Source: Candidatus Methylomirabilia bacterium (GTDB lineage Bacteria > Methylomirabilota > Methylomirabilia > Rokubacteriales > CSP1-6). From it: a stretch of 55,210 nucleotides of DNA. Below the pieces are notes generated by a model. That model saw only the letters and a program-made list of their open reading frames with translations, was not told the DNA's origin and searched no databases. Every line of letters begins with the position of its first letter. Positions within the stretch are counted from its first letter, which is position 1. This document shows, piece by piece, positions 21,224 through 30,232 of the stretch. Made by a program: the position numbers and the translations under genes. The stretch spans positions 1 through 55,210 of the forward strand of contig JBGQEL010000021.1 in NCBI GenBank assembly GCA_041496385.1, in the 5' to 3' direction.

Positions 21224-22039
21224 ATGTCCGACGGACCCATGCTCGTCGCCCACCGCGGCGGCGCCGCGCTCTGGCCCGAGAACAGCCTCCTCGCGTTCCG
21301 GCGGGCGCTCGCGCTCGGGAGCGACCTGCTCGAGCTCGACGTGCACCCGACCGCCGACGGTGAGGTCGCGGTGATCCACGACCCCACGCTCGACCGCACG
21401 ACCGACGCCACCGGTCGGGTGGCCGAGCGGACGGCCGCCGAGCTCGCGCAGGTCAGGCTCAAAGGGCCCGACGGCGCGCTCACCGGAGAGCACGTCCCGC
21501 TCCTCGACGCGGCGCTCGCGCTGGTGGCGCCGTCCCCGGCGGCGCTGCTGGTCGAGGTGAAGGGGCCGGAGCCGGGCTTCGGAGTCCGCTGGCGCGGCGA
21601 GGCCGGCGGCGCGCGCCCCGAGCCCGGACCTCGCTATGCGGGTCTCGAGGAGGCGGTCCTCGCCAGGCTCGCGAGGTCGGGACTCGGCGACCGGGCGATC
21701 GTGATGGCCTTCAACCCGGATGTGATCGCGCGCGTCCGCGAGCTCGCCCCCCGGCAGCGGGTGACGCTCCTGGTGGGGGCGTACCACGTCGCCGAAACCG
21801 GCGTCCGGCCCGAGGAGACGGTCGAGTGGGCCGTGCGCTGCGGCGCGACGGACCTGGGCCTGCAGCACACACTCCTGAGCCCCGAGGTCGTCGGCGCGGC
21901 GCGCGCGGCCGGCCTCGTGCTCGGCGTGTGGACGGTGAACGACGAGGCCGCGATGCGCCGGGCCGTACAGCTCGGCGTCGACCTGATCACCTCCGATCGT
22001 CCGGACCTTCTCCAGCGTGTGCTCGGGCGCTCGCCGTGA
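21224..22039 (+). CDS. glycerophosphodiester phosphodiesterase, cytoplasmic (UgpQ-like)
   Basis: AHRGG, PENS, ELDV, IHD, VEVK, WTVND and ITSDRP motifs; no signal peptide. Confidence 0.93.
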   Translation: MSDGPMLVAHRGGAALWPENSLLAFRRALALGSDLLELDVHPTADGEVAVIHDPTLDRTTDATGRVAERTAAELAQVRLKGPDGALTGEHVPLLDAALALVAPSPAALLVEVKGPEPGFGVRWRGEAGGARPEPGPRYAGLEEAVLARLARSGLGDRAIVMAFNPDVIARVRELAPRQRVTLLVGAYHVAETGVRPEETVEWAVRCGATDLGLQHTLLSPEVVGAARAAGLVLGVWTVNDEAAMRRAVQLGVDLITSDRPDLLQRVLGRSP

Positions 22040-22854
22040 GAGGCGCGCTCGCGCTCGCCGCGCTCCTGCTCGGCGTCGCCGCCGGCCCGGGTCTCGCCCA
22101 GGCGCCGCCGCTGATCGCGGCCCACCGCGGCGGGGCGGCCCTCGCGCCCGAGAACAGCCTGCGCGCGTTCCGGAACGCGCTGGCGCTCGGCGCGGACTTC
22201 CTCGAGTTCGATCTGCACATGACGCGGGATGGCGAGGTCGTGGTGATCCACGATCCGACGCTCGAGCGCACGACGACGGCGCGTGGCGCCGTCCGCGACC
22301 TCACACGCGCCGAGCTCGCCGCGGCGCGGCTCCGCGCGCGGGACGGCGGCGTCACCGAGGAGCCCGTGCCGACCTTCGCCGAGCTGCTCGATCTCGCGGT
22401 GCCGACGGCGGTCGCCATCCTGCCGGAGATCAAGAACGGTCCCGCGCGCGCGCGGTACGACGGCATCGAGGCGAAGGTCCTGGCCCTGCTCCGGGCGCGC
22501 GGCATGCTGGGGCGTGCCACGGTGCAGGCCTTCGAGGTGGAGACGATCCGGCGCCTGCGCGCCCTCGAGCCCTCCCTGCGCACGATGCTCCTGGTGGGCC
22601 GCGGCCGCGTGGAGCAGGAGCGCGCCGCGCCGCGCGACGCGGTCCGCTGGGCGGCGGAGGTCGGCGCGACCGACCTCGGGATGGACCATCGGTTCATCGA
22701 TGCGGAGGTGGTCGCCGCCGCGCGGACGGCGGGGGTCCGGCTCTCGGCCTGGACGGTGAACGACGAGGCGGATCTTCGGCGCGCGATCGGGCTCGGCCTC
22801 GACGTGATCATGACCGACCGACCCGACCTCCTGAAACGCCTGCTGGGACGATGA
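22036..22854 (+). CDS. glycerophosphodiester phosphodiesterase, exported paralog
   Basis: Same GDPD motifs, preceded by signal peptide VRGALALAALLLGVAAGPGLA-QAPP. Confidence 0.92.
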   Translation: MRGALALAALLLGVAAGPGLAQAPPLIAAHRGGAALAPENSLRAFRNALALGADFLEFDLHMTRDGEVVVIHDPTLERTTTARGAVRDLTRAELAAARLRARDGGVTEEPVPTFAELLDLAVPTAVAILPEIKNGPARARYDGIEAKVLALLRARGMLGRATVQAFEVETIRRLRALEPSLRTMLLVGRGRVEQERAAPRDAVRWAAEVGATDLGMDHRFIDAEVVAAARTAGVRLSAWTVNDEADLRRAIGLGLDVIMTDRPDLLKRLLGR

Positions 22855-22919
22855 CCGCGCGTCGCGCCATTGTCAGGCCCCCCACGGCGGGCGCCGGGCT
22901 CGCGGCACCCGATCAATGA
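22851..22919 (+). other. 22-codon mini-[25 protein letters not shown] (repeat unit 1)
   Basis: Its ATG overlaps the GDPD2 stop (ATGA), and its TGA overlaps the ATG of unit 2. Translation is inferred. Confidence 0.55.
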
Positions 22920-22984
22920 CCGCGCGTCGCGCCATTGTCAGGCCCCCCACGGCGGGCGCCGGGCTCGCGGCACCCGATCAATGA
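22916..22984 (+). other. 22-codon mini-[25 protein letters not shown] (repeat unit 2)
   Basis: Its ATG overlaps the unit-1 stop, and its TGA overlaps the glpK ATG at 22981. Translation is inferred. Confidence 0.55.
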
Positions 22985-24492
22985 CCGCGCGCCGTTACGT
23001 TCTGGCACTCGACCAGGGCACGACCGGCTCGACGGCGCTCGTCGTGGATCCCGACGGGCGCGTGGTGGCGCGCGGCTACGCGGAGCTCCCGCAGTACTTC
23101 CCCAGGCCCGGCTGGGTCGAGCACGAGCCCGGCGAGATCTGGGCGACCGTCGAGCGGGCCGCGCGCCAGGCGCTCGGGGAAGGCCGCGTCACCGGCGGCG
23201 AGGTCGCGGCCCTCGGGATCACGAACCAGCGCGAGACGACGATTCTCTGGGAGCGCGCGACCGGGACGCCGATCCACCGCGCGATCGTGTGGCAGTGCCG
23301 GCGCACGGCCGGGCTCTGCGAGCGGCTCCGCGCCGACGGCGTCGAGCCGCTCGTCCGCGAGCGGACCGGGCTCGTCCTCGACGCCTACTTTTCCGGCACG
23401 AAGATCCGCTGGCTCCTCGACGAGGTCGCCGGCGCCCGCGCGCGCGCCGGCCGCGGCGAGCTGGCGTTCGGCACGGTCGACGCCTGGCTGCTGTGGAAGC
23501 TCACGGGCGGGCGTGTGCACGCGACCGACGCGAGCAACGCCTCGCGCACGCTCTGCCTGAACCTCCGCACGGGCGACTGGGACGACGAGCTCCTGGGAAT
23601 CTTCGGCGTCCCCCGCGCCCTCCTGCCGGCGGTCGTCGCTTCCTCGGGCGTGCTGGGCGAGACGGTCGACCTCGGCTGGCTGCCCCGCGGCGTGCCCATC
23701 GCCGGGATCGCGGGTGACCAGCAGGCCGCCCTCTTCGGCCAGGCCGGCTACGCGCCGGGCGCCGCGAAGAATACCTACGGCACGGGTGGCTTCATGCTGC
23801 TCAACACCGGGAGCGCCCCCGTGGCGTCGTCGCACGGGCTCCTCACGACGATCGCGTGGCGCATCGGCGCCGAGACGACGTATGCTCTCGAGGGCAGCGT
23901 GTTCGTCGCGGGCGCGGCGATCCAGTGGCTCCGCGACGGCCTCGGGATCCTGAAGCACGCGTCGGAGAGCGAGGCGCTGGCGCGCTCGGTTCCCGACGCG
24001 GGGGGCGTGTACTTCGTGCCCGCGTTCGTCGGGCTCGGAGCGCCCTGGTGGGACATGTACGCGCGCGGCACCATCGTCGGCCTGACGCGCGGGACGACGG
24101 GCGCGCACCTCGCGCGCGCGGCGCTCGAGGCGATCGCGTTCCAGAGCCGCGACGTGCTCGTCGCGATGGCGGCCGACGCGGGCGTCGCGATCCGCGAGCT
24201 GCGCGTGGACGGCGGCGCCGCGGCGAACGACTTTCTGTGTCAGTTCCAGGCTGACATCATGGACGTCGCCGTACTGCGGCCTGCGGTGATCGAGACCACG
24301 TCGCTCGGCGCCGCGTACCTCGCGGGCCTCGGCGCCGGGCTCTGGCGCTCACTCGACGAGCTCGCCGGCCGCTGGACGCTCGAGCGGCGCTTCACGCCGG
24401 CGCTCCCGCCGGCGGAGCGCGCCGCGCGGGTCGAGGGATGGCGGCGGGCGGTGGAGCGGGCGCGCGGCTGGGCGGGCGATCAACCTCAATGA
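22981..24492 (+). CDS. glpK: glycerol kinase
   Basis: [51 protein letters not shown] and LRVDGG motifs. Confidence 0.97.
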   Translation: MTARRYVLALDQGTTGSTALVVDPDGRVVARGYAELPQYFPRPGWVEHEPGEIWATVERAARQALGEGRVTGGEVAALGITNQRETTILWERATGTPIHRAIVWQCRRTAGLCERLRADGVEPLVRERTGLVLDAYFSGTKIRWLLDEVAGARARAGRGELAFGTVDAWLLWKLTGGRVHATDASNASRTLCLNLRTGDWDDELLGIFGVPRALLPAVVASSGVLGETVDLGWLPRGVPIAGIAGDQQAALFGQAGYAPGAAKNTYGTGGFMLLNTGSAPVASSHGLLTTIAWRIGAETTYALEGSVFVAGAAIQWLRDGLGILKHASESEALARSVPDAGGVYFVPAFVGLGAPWWDMYARGTIVGLTRGTTGAHLARAALEAIAFQSRDVLVAMAADAGVAIRELRVDGGAAANDFLCQFQADIMDVAVLRPAVIETTSLGAAYLAGLGAGLWRSLDELAGRWTLERRFTPALPPAERAARVEGWRRAVERARGWAGDQPQ

Positions 24493-24502
24493 GGAGAGGA
24501 CG

Positions 24503-25615
24503 ATGAAACGACTCGGCATTCTGTCCCTCGCGGTTCTGCTGGTCACGGGCGCGGCCGGTGCGGCGCGCGCCCAGGCGCCGATCGAGGGCGAGCTGGCGTT
24601 GATCACCCCCGTGTCGAAGTTCATCCACGACGCGGCGCTGAAGGCGTTCGCCGACTACGCGAAAGAAAAATGGGGCGTCACGCTCAAGGTGAGCGCGATC
24701 CCGGCGGGCACGCCCGTCGCGTACGGCCGCGTCGTCGAGTGGAAGGGCAAGCCCGAGGTGGACATCTTCTGGGGCGGCGAGTCGGCGCTCTTCGAGAAGC
24801 TGGCCGAGCAGAAGCTGTTGCAGAAGGTCGAGATCTCGAAGGAGGTCTGGGATTCGATCCCCGCCTCCATCGGCAAGCCGAAGGCCATCCCACTCAAGGA
24901 CAGGGACGGCTTCTGGGTCGGCACGGCGCTCGAGCCCTACGGGCTCGTCTACCACCCCAGGAAGATCCAGAAGCTCGGGATCGCGGAGCCGCGGGAGTGG
25001 GACGACCTCCTGAACCCGAAGCTCCGCGGCGAGGTCGCCCAGTGCGCGCCCACGCGATCCTCGTCCTCCAACGCGACCTACGAGGTGATCCTCTCGATGT
25101 ACGGCGAGGACAAGGGCTGGGACTGGCTCCGGAAGCTCGCCCAGAACACGGGCCACTTCACGGCGCGCAGCCGCGACGTGCCGACGGTCGTCGCGAAGGG
25201 CGAGTACACCGCGGGCTTCGCGGTACCGTCCTACATGGCCTTCGAGGAGAAGCTCGCCGGATTCGACATCAAGTTCGTCGCGCCGAAGAACGCGTTCGTC
25301 ACGCCCGAGCCGATGGCGATCCTCGCCGGCGCCCGCAATCCGAAGGCGGCGCGTGCCTTCATCGAGTTCCTGCTGACCGAGCGTGGTCAGAAGGTGTTCA
25401 TGGAGCGCGGCCTCTTCCCCGTCACGCCCAAGTACAAGGTCCAGGGCCCGCCGGGCTCGACCGCGGAGATGGCGGTGGAGTTCACCGGCGGCGTCCGGAG
25501 CTACTTCGACCGCGAGGTGTCGAACGTCTACGACGAGGCCGCCGCGCAGAAGCGTTCGGACGCGCTGAAGTCGAGGTTCCGCTCGGAGATCGAGGCGACC
25601 TGGAAGAAGCCCTGA
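24503..25615 (+). CDS. ABC transporter substrate-binding protein, AfuA/FbpA-like family
   Basis: Signal peptide; PEVDIFWGG, PREWDDLLNP, PTRSSSS, GWDWLRKL and AARAFIEFLLTERGQ motifs. Confidence 0.85.
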   Translation: MKRLGILSLAVLLVTGAAGAARAQAPIEGELALITPVSKFIHDAALKAFADYAKEKWGVTLKVSAIPAGTPVAYGRVVEWKGKPEVDIFWGGESALFEKLAEQKLLQKVEISKEVWDSIPASIGKPKAIPLKDRDGFWVGTALEPYGLVYHPRKIQKLGIAEPREWDDLLNPKLRGEVAQCAPTRSSSSNATYEVILSMYGEDKGWDWLRKLAQNTGHFTARSRDVPTVVAKGEYTAGFAVPSYMAFEEKLAGFDIKFVAPKNAFVTPEPMAILAGARNPKAARAFIEFLLTERGQKVFMERGLFPVTPKYKVQGPPGSTAEMAVEFTGGVRSYFDREVSNVYDEAAAQKRSDALKSRFRSEIEATWKKP

Positions 25616-25631
25616 CGACCCGCGTGCGGCG

Positions 25632-26693
25632 ATGAAGATCGTCCTCGACGGGGTCACCAAGATGTTCGGTCGCGTCACGGCCGTGGATCACGCGACGCTG
25701 GAGATCGCCGACGGCGAGCTCTTCACGCTGCTCGGACCCTCGGGCTGCGGCAAGACGACCCTCCTCCGGCTGATCGCCGGGTTCTATGCGTCGGACGGTG
25801 GCGAGATCCGCTTCGGTGACCGGCGCGTCGACGGGCTTCGGCCCTACGAGCGCAACATCGGCATGGTCTTCCAGAACTACGCCCTCTGGCCGCACATGAC
25901 CGTGAGGGCGAACATCGCCTACGGGCTCCGGCTCCGGAGGCTCGACGCCGCGGCGCTCGCGCGGCGCCTCCGGGAGGGGCTCGAGAAGGTGAACCTGACG
26001 GGCCTTGAGGACCGCTACCCGGGCCAGCTCTCGGGCGGGCAGCAGCAGCGGGTCGCGCTCGCGCGCGCGCTCGTGCTCAACCCCGACATCCTCCTGCTCG
26101 ACGAGCCGCTCTCGAACCTCGACGCGAAGATCCGCATCCAGGTGCGCGCCGAGATCCGGAAGCTCCAGCGGGAGCTCGGCATCACGACCGTCTACGTGAC
26201 CCACGACCAGGAGGAGGCGCTCTCGCTCTCCGATCGCGTCGCGGTCATGCGCGACGGCAAGGTGCTGCAGCTCGCGCCGCCCAAGACGCTCTACGAGCGC
26301 CCGGCGAACCGCTTCGTCGCCGACTTCGTCGGCACCAACAACCTCCTCGCGGGCGTCTGCCGCGCGCCGGACGGGGGCCGGGTGCTGATCGAGACCGCCA
26401 TCGGTCCGGTGCGCGCCAGCCCGGGCCCGGGCGTCGCGCAGGGCGACCGCTGCGTGCTCGCGGTGCGGCCCGAGAACGTCGCGCTCGCTGCCGGCGGGGA
26501 GAACACGTTCGACGGGCGGGTCACCCTGTCCTCCTACCTCGGCAACGCGGTGCGGTACGAGGTCGAGCTGGCCGGCGGGGTCGCGCTCAAGGTGGACATC
26601 GGCGATCCGTGGCATCACGACGTCCTGCCCGCCGGGGCGCGGGTGCGAATCAGCTTTCCGGCCTCGGCCGCCCTCACGCTGCCGGAGGACTGA
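25632..26693 (+). CDS. ABC transporter ATP-binding protein (AfuC/PotA/MalK type, C-terminal TOBE domain)
   Basis: GPSGCGKT, VFQNYAL, LSGGQQQR, LLLDEP and YVTHDQEEA motifs. Confidence 0.95.
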   Translation: MKIVLDGVTKMFGRVTAVDHATLEIADGELFTLLGPSGCGKTTLLRLIAGFYASDGGEIRFGDRRVDGLRPYERNIGMVFQNYALWPHMTVRANIAYGLRLRRLDAAALARRLREGLEKVNLTGLEDRYPGQLSGGQQQRVALARALVLNPDILLLDEPLSNLDAKIRIQVRAEIRKLQRELGITTVYVTHDQEEALSLSDRVAVMRDGKVLQLAPPKTLYERPANRFVADFVGTNNLLAGVCRAPDGGRVLIETAIGPVRASPGPGVAQGDRCVLAVRPENVALAAGGENTFDGRVTLSSYLGNAVRYEVELAGGVALKVDIGDPWHHDVLPAGARVRISFPASAALTLPED

Positions 26694-26695
26694 GC

Positions 26696-28381
26696 GTGCC
26701 CTCGGCCCCCGCTCGGCGCCGGCCCGTCCTCCCGGTCCTCGGCGTGGGCGCGATCTGGCTCTTCCTGCTCGTCTTCCTCGTCTATCCGCTGCTGCGCATC
26801 TTCTACGACGCGTTCAGCGACGAGGCCGGACGCCTGACCGCGGCGAACTTCGTCGAGTTCGCCCGCGACCCGTTCTATGTCCGCTCGCTCGTGAACTCGC
26901 TCGTGCTGGGGCTCGGCACGGTCGCCGCCACGTCGGTGGTCGGGTTCGCGGTCGCGTTCCTCCTGGTGCGCTGCGACTTCGTCGGGCGGAACCTCTTCGG
27001 CTACCTCACGCTGATTCCGATCATCTCGCCACCGCTCGTCGGCGTGCTGGGCTTCACGTTCATCATGGGGCGCGCGGGCACGGTCAACATCCTGCTCGAG
27101 GACTGGTTCGGGCTGGCGAAGCCGATCAACTTCGTCTACGGCCTCCACGGCGTGCTGCTCGTCGAGACGCTGCATCTCTTCCCGATGATCACGCTCAACG
27201 TCGTGGACGCGCTCGCCAAGATCGATCCCGCGCTCGAGGAGGCCGCGGAGAGCGTCGGGGCGCGCGGCTTCAGGAAGTGGTGCACGATCACGCTGCCCCT
27301 CACCACGCCGGGCTACGTCGCGGGCGCGCTGCTCGTCTTCATCTGGACCTTCTCCGACTTCGCGACGCCGCTCGTGCTGGGCGTCCACGACGTGCTCGCG
27401 GCCCAGGCGTACCTGAACATCGTGCAGTTCGTGGACCGGCGTATCTTCCGGATGGGCATCGTGATCTCGGCGCTCATGGTGGTGCTGGCGCTCCTGTTCC
27501 TGGTCGCCGCGCGCCGGTACGTGGCGATCAAGGACTACTCATCGCTTTCGTATTCGAAGATTGCGCGCGTGCGGCTCTCACCGCTCCAACAGGCGGCGGC
27601 GGTGTCGTTCCTCTCGCTGGTCATGCTGCTGTCGTCCATCCCGTACCTCGGCGTCCTGCTCGCCTCGGTGGGGAAGGGCTGGTCGCTCACGCCGCTGCCG
27701 GTGCGCTACACGCTGCAGTACTTCGAGCGGGTCATCGTCGAGACGCCGAAGTACATCGTGAACACGTTCCTCTACTCGGCGCTCGCGGTCGCCCTCTGCG
27801 TGGCGGTCGGCGTGCCGATCGCGTGGATCCTGGCGCGCACGCGCCTGCCCGGGCGCGACGCACTCGACGGGCTCAACACGCTGATCCTGGCGGTGCCGGG
27901 CACGGCGATCGGCATCGCCTACATCCGCGCGTTCCACTTCGACCTGCCGTGGCTCGACCACGGGCTCACGAGCTACTGGGTCGTCCTGCCGCTCGTGCTC
28001 GCGATCCGGCGCCTGCCCTACACGGTCCGCGGCTCCTACGCGTCGCTGCTGCTCGTCCACCGCTCCATGGAGGAGGCCGCGGCGAGCGTCGGCGCGACCG
28101 GCGCGCGGTCCTTCCGCGACGTGACGCTGCCGCTCATCTGGCGCGGGGTGCTCGTGGGCTCGCTCTTTTCCTTCATGACCTCGCTCCAGGAGGCCTCCGC
28201 CGTGCTGTTCCTCTCGCTCGGCGGCTGGGAGACGATCACGGTCGGGATCTTCTCGTTCTACATCGCCGGGAGCGCGAACGAGGCCGCGGCGCTCGGCGTG
28301 ATCCTCATCGTCGTCGCCACGCTGAGCCTCGTCGTCATCAACCGTGTCGCCGGCGCGCGCATGGGGGGCATGTTCGGGTAG
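26696..28381 (+). CDS. fused double ABC permease (AfuB/FbpB type)
   Basis: Two EAA loops (LEEAAESVGA and MEEAAASVGA) and many hydrophobic segments. Confidence 0.92.
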   Translation: MPSAPARRRPVLPVLGVGAIWLFLLVFLVYPLLRIFYDAFSDEAGRLTAANFVEFARDPFYVRSLVNSLVLGLGTVAATSVVGFAVAFLLVRCDFVGRNLFGYLTLIPIISPPLVGVLGFTFIMGRAGTVNILLEDWFGLAKPINFVYGLHGVLLVETLHLFPMITLNVVDALAKIDPALEEAAESVGARGFRKWCTITLPLTTPGYVAGALLVFIWTFSDFATPLVLGVHDVLAAQAYLNIVQFVDRRIFRMGIVISALMVVLALLFLVAARRYVAIKDYSSLSYSKIARVRLSPLQQAAAVSFLSLVMLLSSIPYLGVLLASVGKGWSLTPLPVRYTLQYFERVIVETPKYIVNTFLYSALAVALCVAVGVPIAWILARTRLPGRDALDGLNTLILAVPGTAIGIAYIRAFHFDLPWLDHGLTSYWVVLPLVLAIRRLPYTVRGSYASLLLVHRSMEEAAASVGATGARSFRDVTLPLIWRGVLVGSLFSFMTSLQEASAVLFLSLGGWETITVGIFSFYIAGSANEAAALGVILIVVATLSLVVINRVAGARMGGMFG

Positions 28382-28445
28382 GTTGTGCCGAGCGTCGCCG
28401 GACGGCCTGCGCAAACGAGGCAGGAAATCAACTACTTGCCCTTGC

Positions 28446-28474
28446 TTGTGCGGTGGGACGCCCTATGCTAGCGT
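28446..28474 (+). promoter_or_regulatory. putative promoter for the atp F0 genes
   Basis: TTGTGC, 17 bp, TAGCGT with upstream TG; an alternative -10 TATGCT lies at 28464. Confidence 0.35.
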
Positions 28475-28484
28475 CCTTGTTCAC

Positions 28485-28721
28485 ATGACGCCGTCCGGGG
28501 AGAAGGGAGCCTGGCGGTCGCTCGGTGAGCTGTCCTCGATCGGCATGGCGCTGGTCCTGGCGACCGTGATAGGCCTGGTCGCCGGCTACTACGCAGATCG
28601 ATGGCTCGGCACCCAGCCCTGGCTCACGTTGCTCGGGCTCGGCCTGGGAATCGTCGCGGGGTTCGTGAATCTCTTTCGATCGGTCAACCGTGCGGAACGG
28701 GAGCTGGATGACTCCGAGTGA
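28485..28721 (+). CDS. AtpZ/AtpI-family ATP synthase accessory protein
   Basis: GYYADRWLGTQPW and GLGLGIVAGF two-TM pattern; lies upstream of atpB. Confidence 0.88.
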   Translation: MTPSGEKGAWRSLGELSSIGMALVLATVIGLVAGYYADRWLGTQPWLTLLGLGLGIVAGFVNLFRSVNRAERELDDSE

Positions 28722-29067
28722 GCTCGTGGCGCGAGTGACGCGTGAAACGTGCGTGGTGACCGCCGTGCTGGTGGGCCCGGCGGCGTCGCTGGGCGGTCCC
28801 GCGGGCGCGCTCGGCTTCCTGGCCGGCGGCACGCTCGCCGTCCTCAGCTTCCGCTGGCTCGCGGCGCGCGCCGCGGCCGCCGTCGGCGGTCACGCCCGCG
28901 GCGGCTGGCTCGCCGCGGCAGGCCTGCGCTTCGGCGCGTCGATGGCGGCGTGTGGCGCATTGCTCGCGACAGGCTGGGCGCACCCGCTGGCGCTGCTGGC
29001 CGGCGTCACCGTCCTGCCGTGTGCGGTCGTGCGGCTCGGGCTCTCCGCCTCCGGGAAAGAGGGCTAG
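28708..29067 (+). CDS. atpI: ATP synthase protein I-like membrane protein
   Basis: Four hydrophobic segments; lies between the AtpZ-like gene and atpB. Confidence 0.7.
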   Translation: MTPSELVARVTRETCVVTAVLVGPAASLGGPAGALGFLAGGTLAVLSFRWLAARAAAAVGGHARGGWLAAAGLRFGASMAACGALLATGWAHPLALLAGVTVLPCAVVRLGLSASGKEG

Positions 29068-29071
29068 CCCG

Positions 29072-29839
29072 TTGGGCGCCGTCGAGCACCCGCCGATCTT
29101 CCGGCTTCCAGGCATCCCCGATCACGTGACCTACACGTGGCTGGTCATGGTGATCCTGACCGCCGTCGCGTTCGGCGCCTCGCGCAACCTCCAGCTCGTC
29201 CCACGCGGTCTGCAGAACTTCCTGGAAGTCGTGCTCGAACAGTTCCTCGGGATGATCGATGACGTGATGGGGCACGAGGGCCGGCGCTACCTGCCCCTCC
29301 TCGCGACGCTCGGATTGTTCATCCTGACCGGGAACCTCATCGGCCTCGTGCCCGGGCTGTCGGGCCCGACCGGCAACCTCAACACGACGGCGGCCTGCGC
29401 GCTCATCGTCTTCGTCGCGTACCACGCGATCGGGGTGCGGAAGCAGGGCGCGCTCGCCTATCTCAAGCACTTCGCGGGGCCCGTGCCGCTCGCGCTGAAG
29501 CCCCTGATGTTCGTGATCGAGATCATCAGCCACCTCGCGCGGCCCCTGTCACTGACGTTGAGGCTCTTCGGCAACATGGTCGGTGGCCACATTCTTCTGG
29601 CGGTCATCTTCCTCCTCATGGGCCTGGATGGCCTCATCGGCTGGGCGCTCTCGGGCAGCCTCGCCGGGGCCGTGGTCGGCGGCATCGGCGGCGTGGTCAC
29701 GATCGTCTTCACGGTGGGCTTTCTCTACCCCCTCAAGATCCTGGTGTCGTTCCTCCAGGCGTTCATCTTTGTGATGCTGACGATGCTGTACATCTCGGGG
29801 GCCCTCGAAGAGGCCGAGCACCACGCGGAACCCCACTAG
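29072..29839 (+). CDS. atpB: F0F1 ATP synthase subunit a
   Basis: LQNFLE, GNLIGLVPG, ARPLSLTLRLFGN and LQAFIFVML motifs; probable TTG start after AAGAGGG. Confidence 0.95.
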   Translation: MGAVEHPPIFRLPGIPDHVTYTWLVMVILTAVAFGASRNLQLVPRGLQNFLEVVLEQFLGMIDDVMGHEGRRYLPLLATLGLFILTGNLIGLVPGLSGPTGNLNTTAACALIVFVAYHAIGVRKQGALAYLKHFAGPVPLALKPLMFVIEIISHLARPLSLTLRLFGNMVGGHILLAVIFLLMGLDGLIGWALSGSLAGAVVGGIGGVVTIVFTVGFLYPLKILVSFLQAFIFVMLTMLYISGALEEAEHHAEPH

Positions 29840-29869
29840 CAGATCACACGTACATAGAGGAGGGCGGTC

Positions 29870-30202
29870 GTGCGACGTTCACTGATTCTGGGAAGTCTTC
29901 TGGTTGCCGCGTTCCCGGGCCAGGCACTCGCGGCCGAAGGGGCCGCGGCCAGCGGCGGCTGGATCGGGCCGTTCGCCGTCATCGCCGCCGGCCTCGGCAT
30001 GGCGATCGCGGCCGGTCTGTGCGGGCTGGGTCAGGGTCGAGCGGTGGCGGCGGCGGTCGAAGCGATGGCCCGGCAGCCCGGGGCGGCGGCGCGGATCCAG
30101 ACCGCGATGATCATTGGACTCGCGCTGATCGAGTCGCTCGCGATCTACACGCTGGTCATCGCGCTGATCTTGCTGTTCGTGAAGGGCATCCAGTTCTCGT
30201 GA
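29870..30202 (+). CDS. atpE: F0F1 ATP synthase subunit c with N-terminal signal-like extension
   Basis: GLGQG, ARQP loop and GLALIESLAIY motifs; GAGGAGG SD. Confidence 0.96.
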   Translation: MRRSLILGSLLVAAFPGQALAAEGAAASGGWIGPFAVIAAGLGMAIAAGLCGLGQGRAVAAAVEAMARQPGAAARIQTAMIIGLALIESLAIYTLVIALILLFVKGIQFS

Positions 30203-30232
30203 TGTCCGTCATGTAGCGGACCGACGACGGAT

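Larger units (their letters stand above)
22851..22991 (+). repeat. perfect 65-bp tandem repeat (2 units plus 11 bp) carrying the dispersed junction element
   Basis: ATGACCGCGCGTCGCGCCATTGTCAGGCCCCCCACGGCGGGCGCCGGGCTCGCGGCACCCGATCA at 22851-22915 and 22916-22980; ATGACCGCGCG recurs at 22981 as the glpK start. Confidence 0.97.

Noticed and set aside
21565..21630. GDPD1 internal insertion as a repeat-derived segment
   Set aside because: Only two short patches resemble the element and they are not collinear without a large gap.
22851..22991. Mini CRISPR array (ATGACCGCGCG repeats with spacers)
   Set aside because: The repeat is only 11 nt, the two spacers are identical, and there are no cas genes or leader; it is a tandem duplication.
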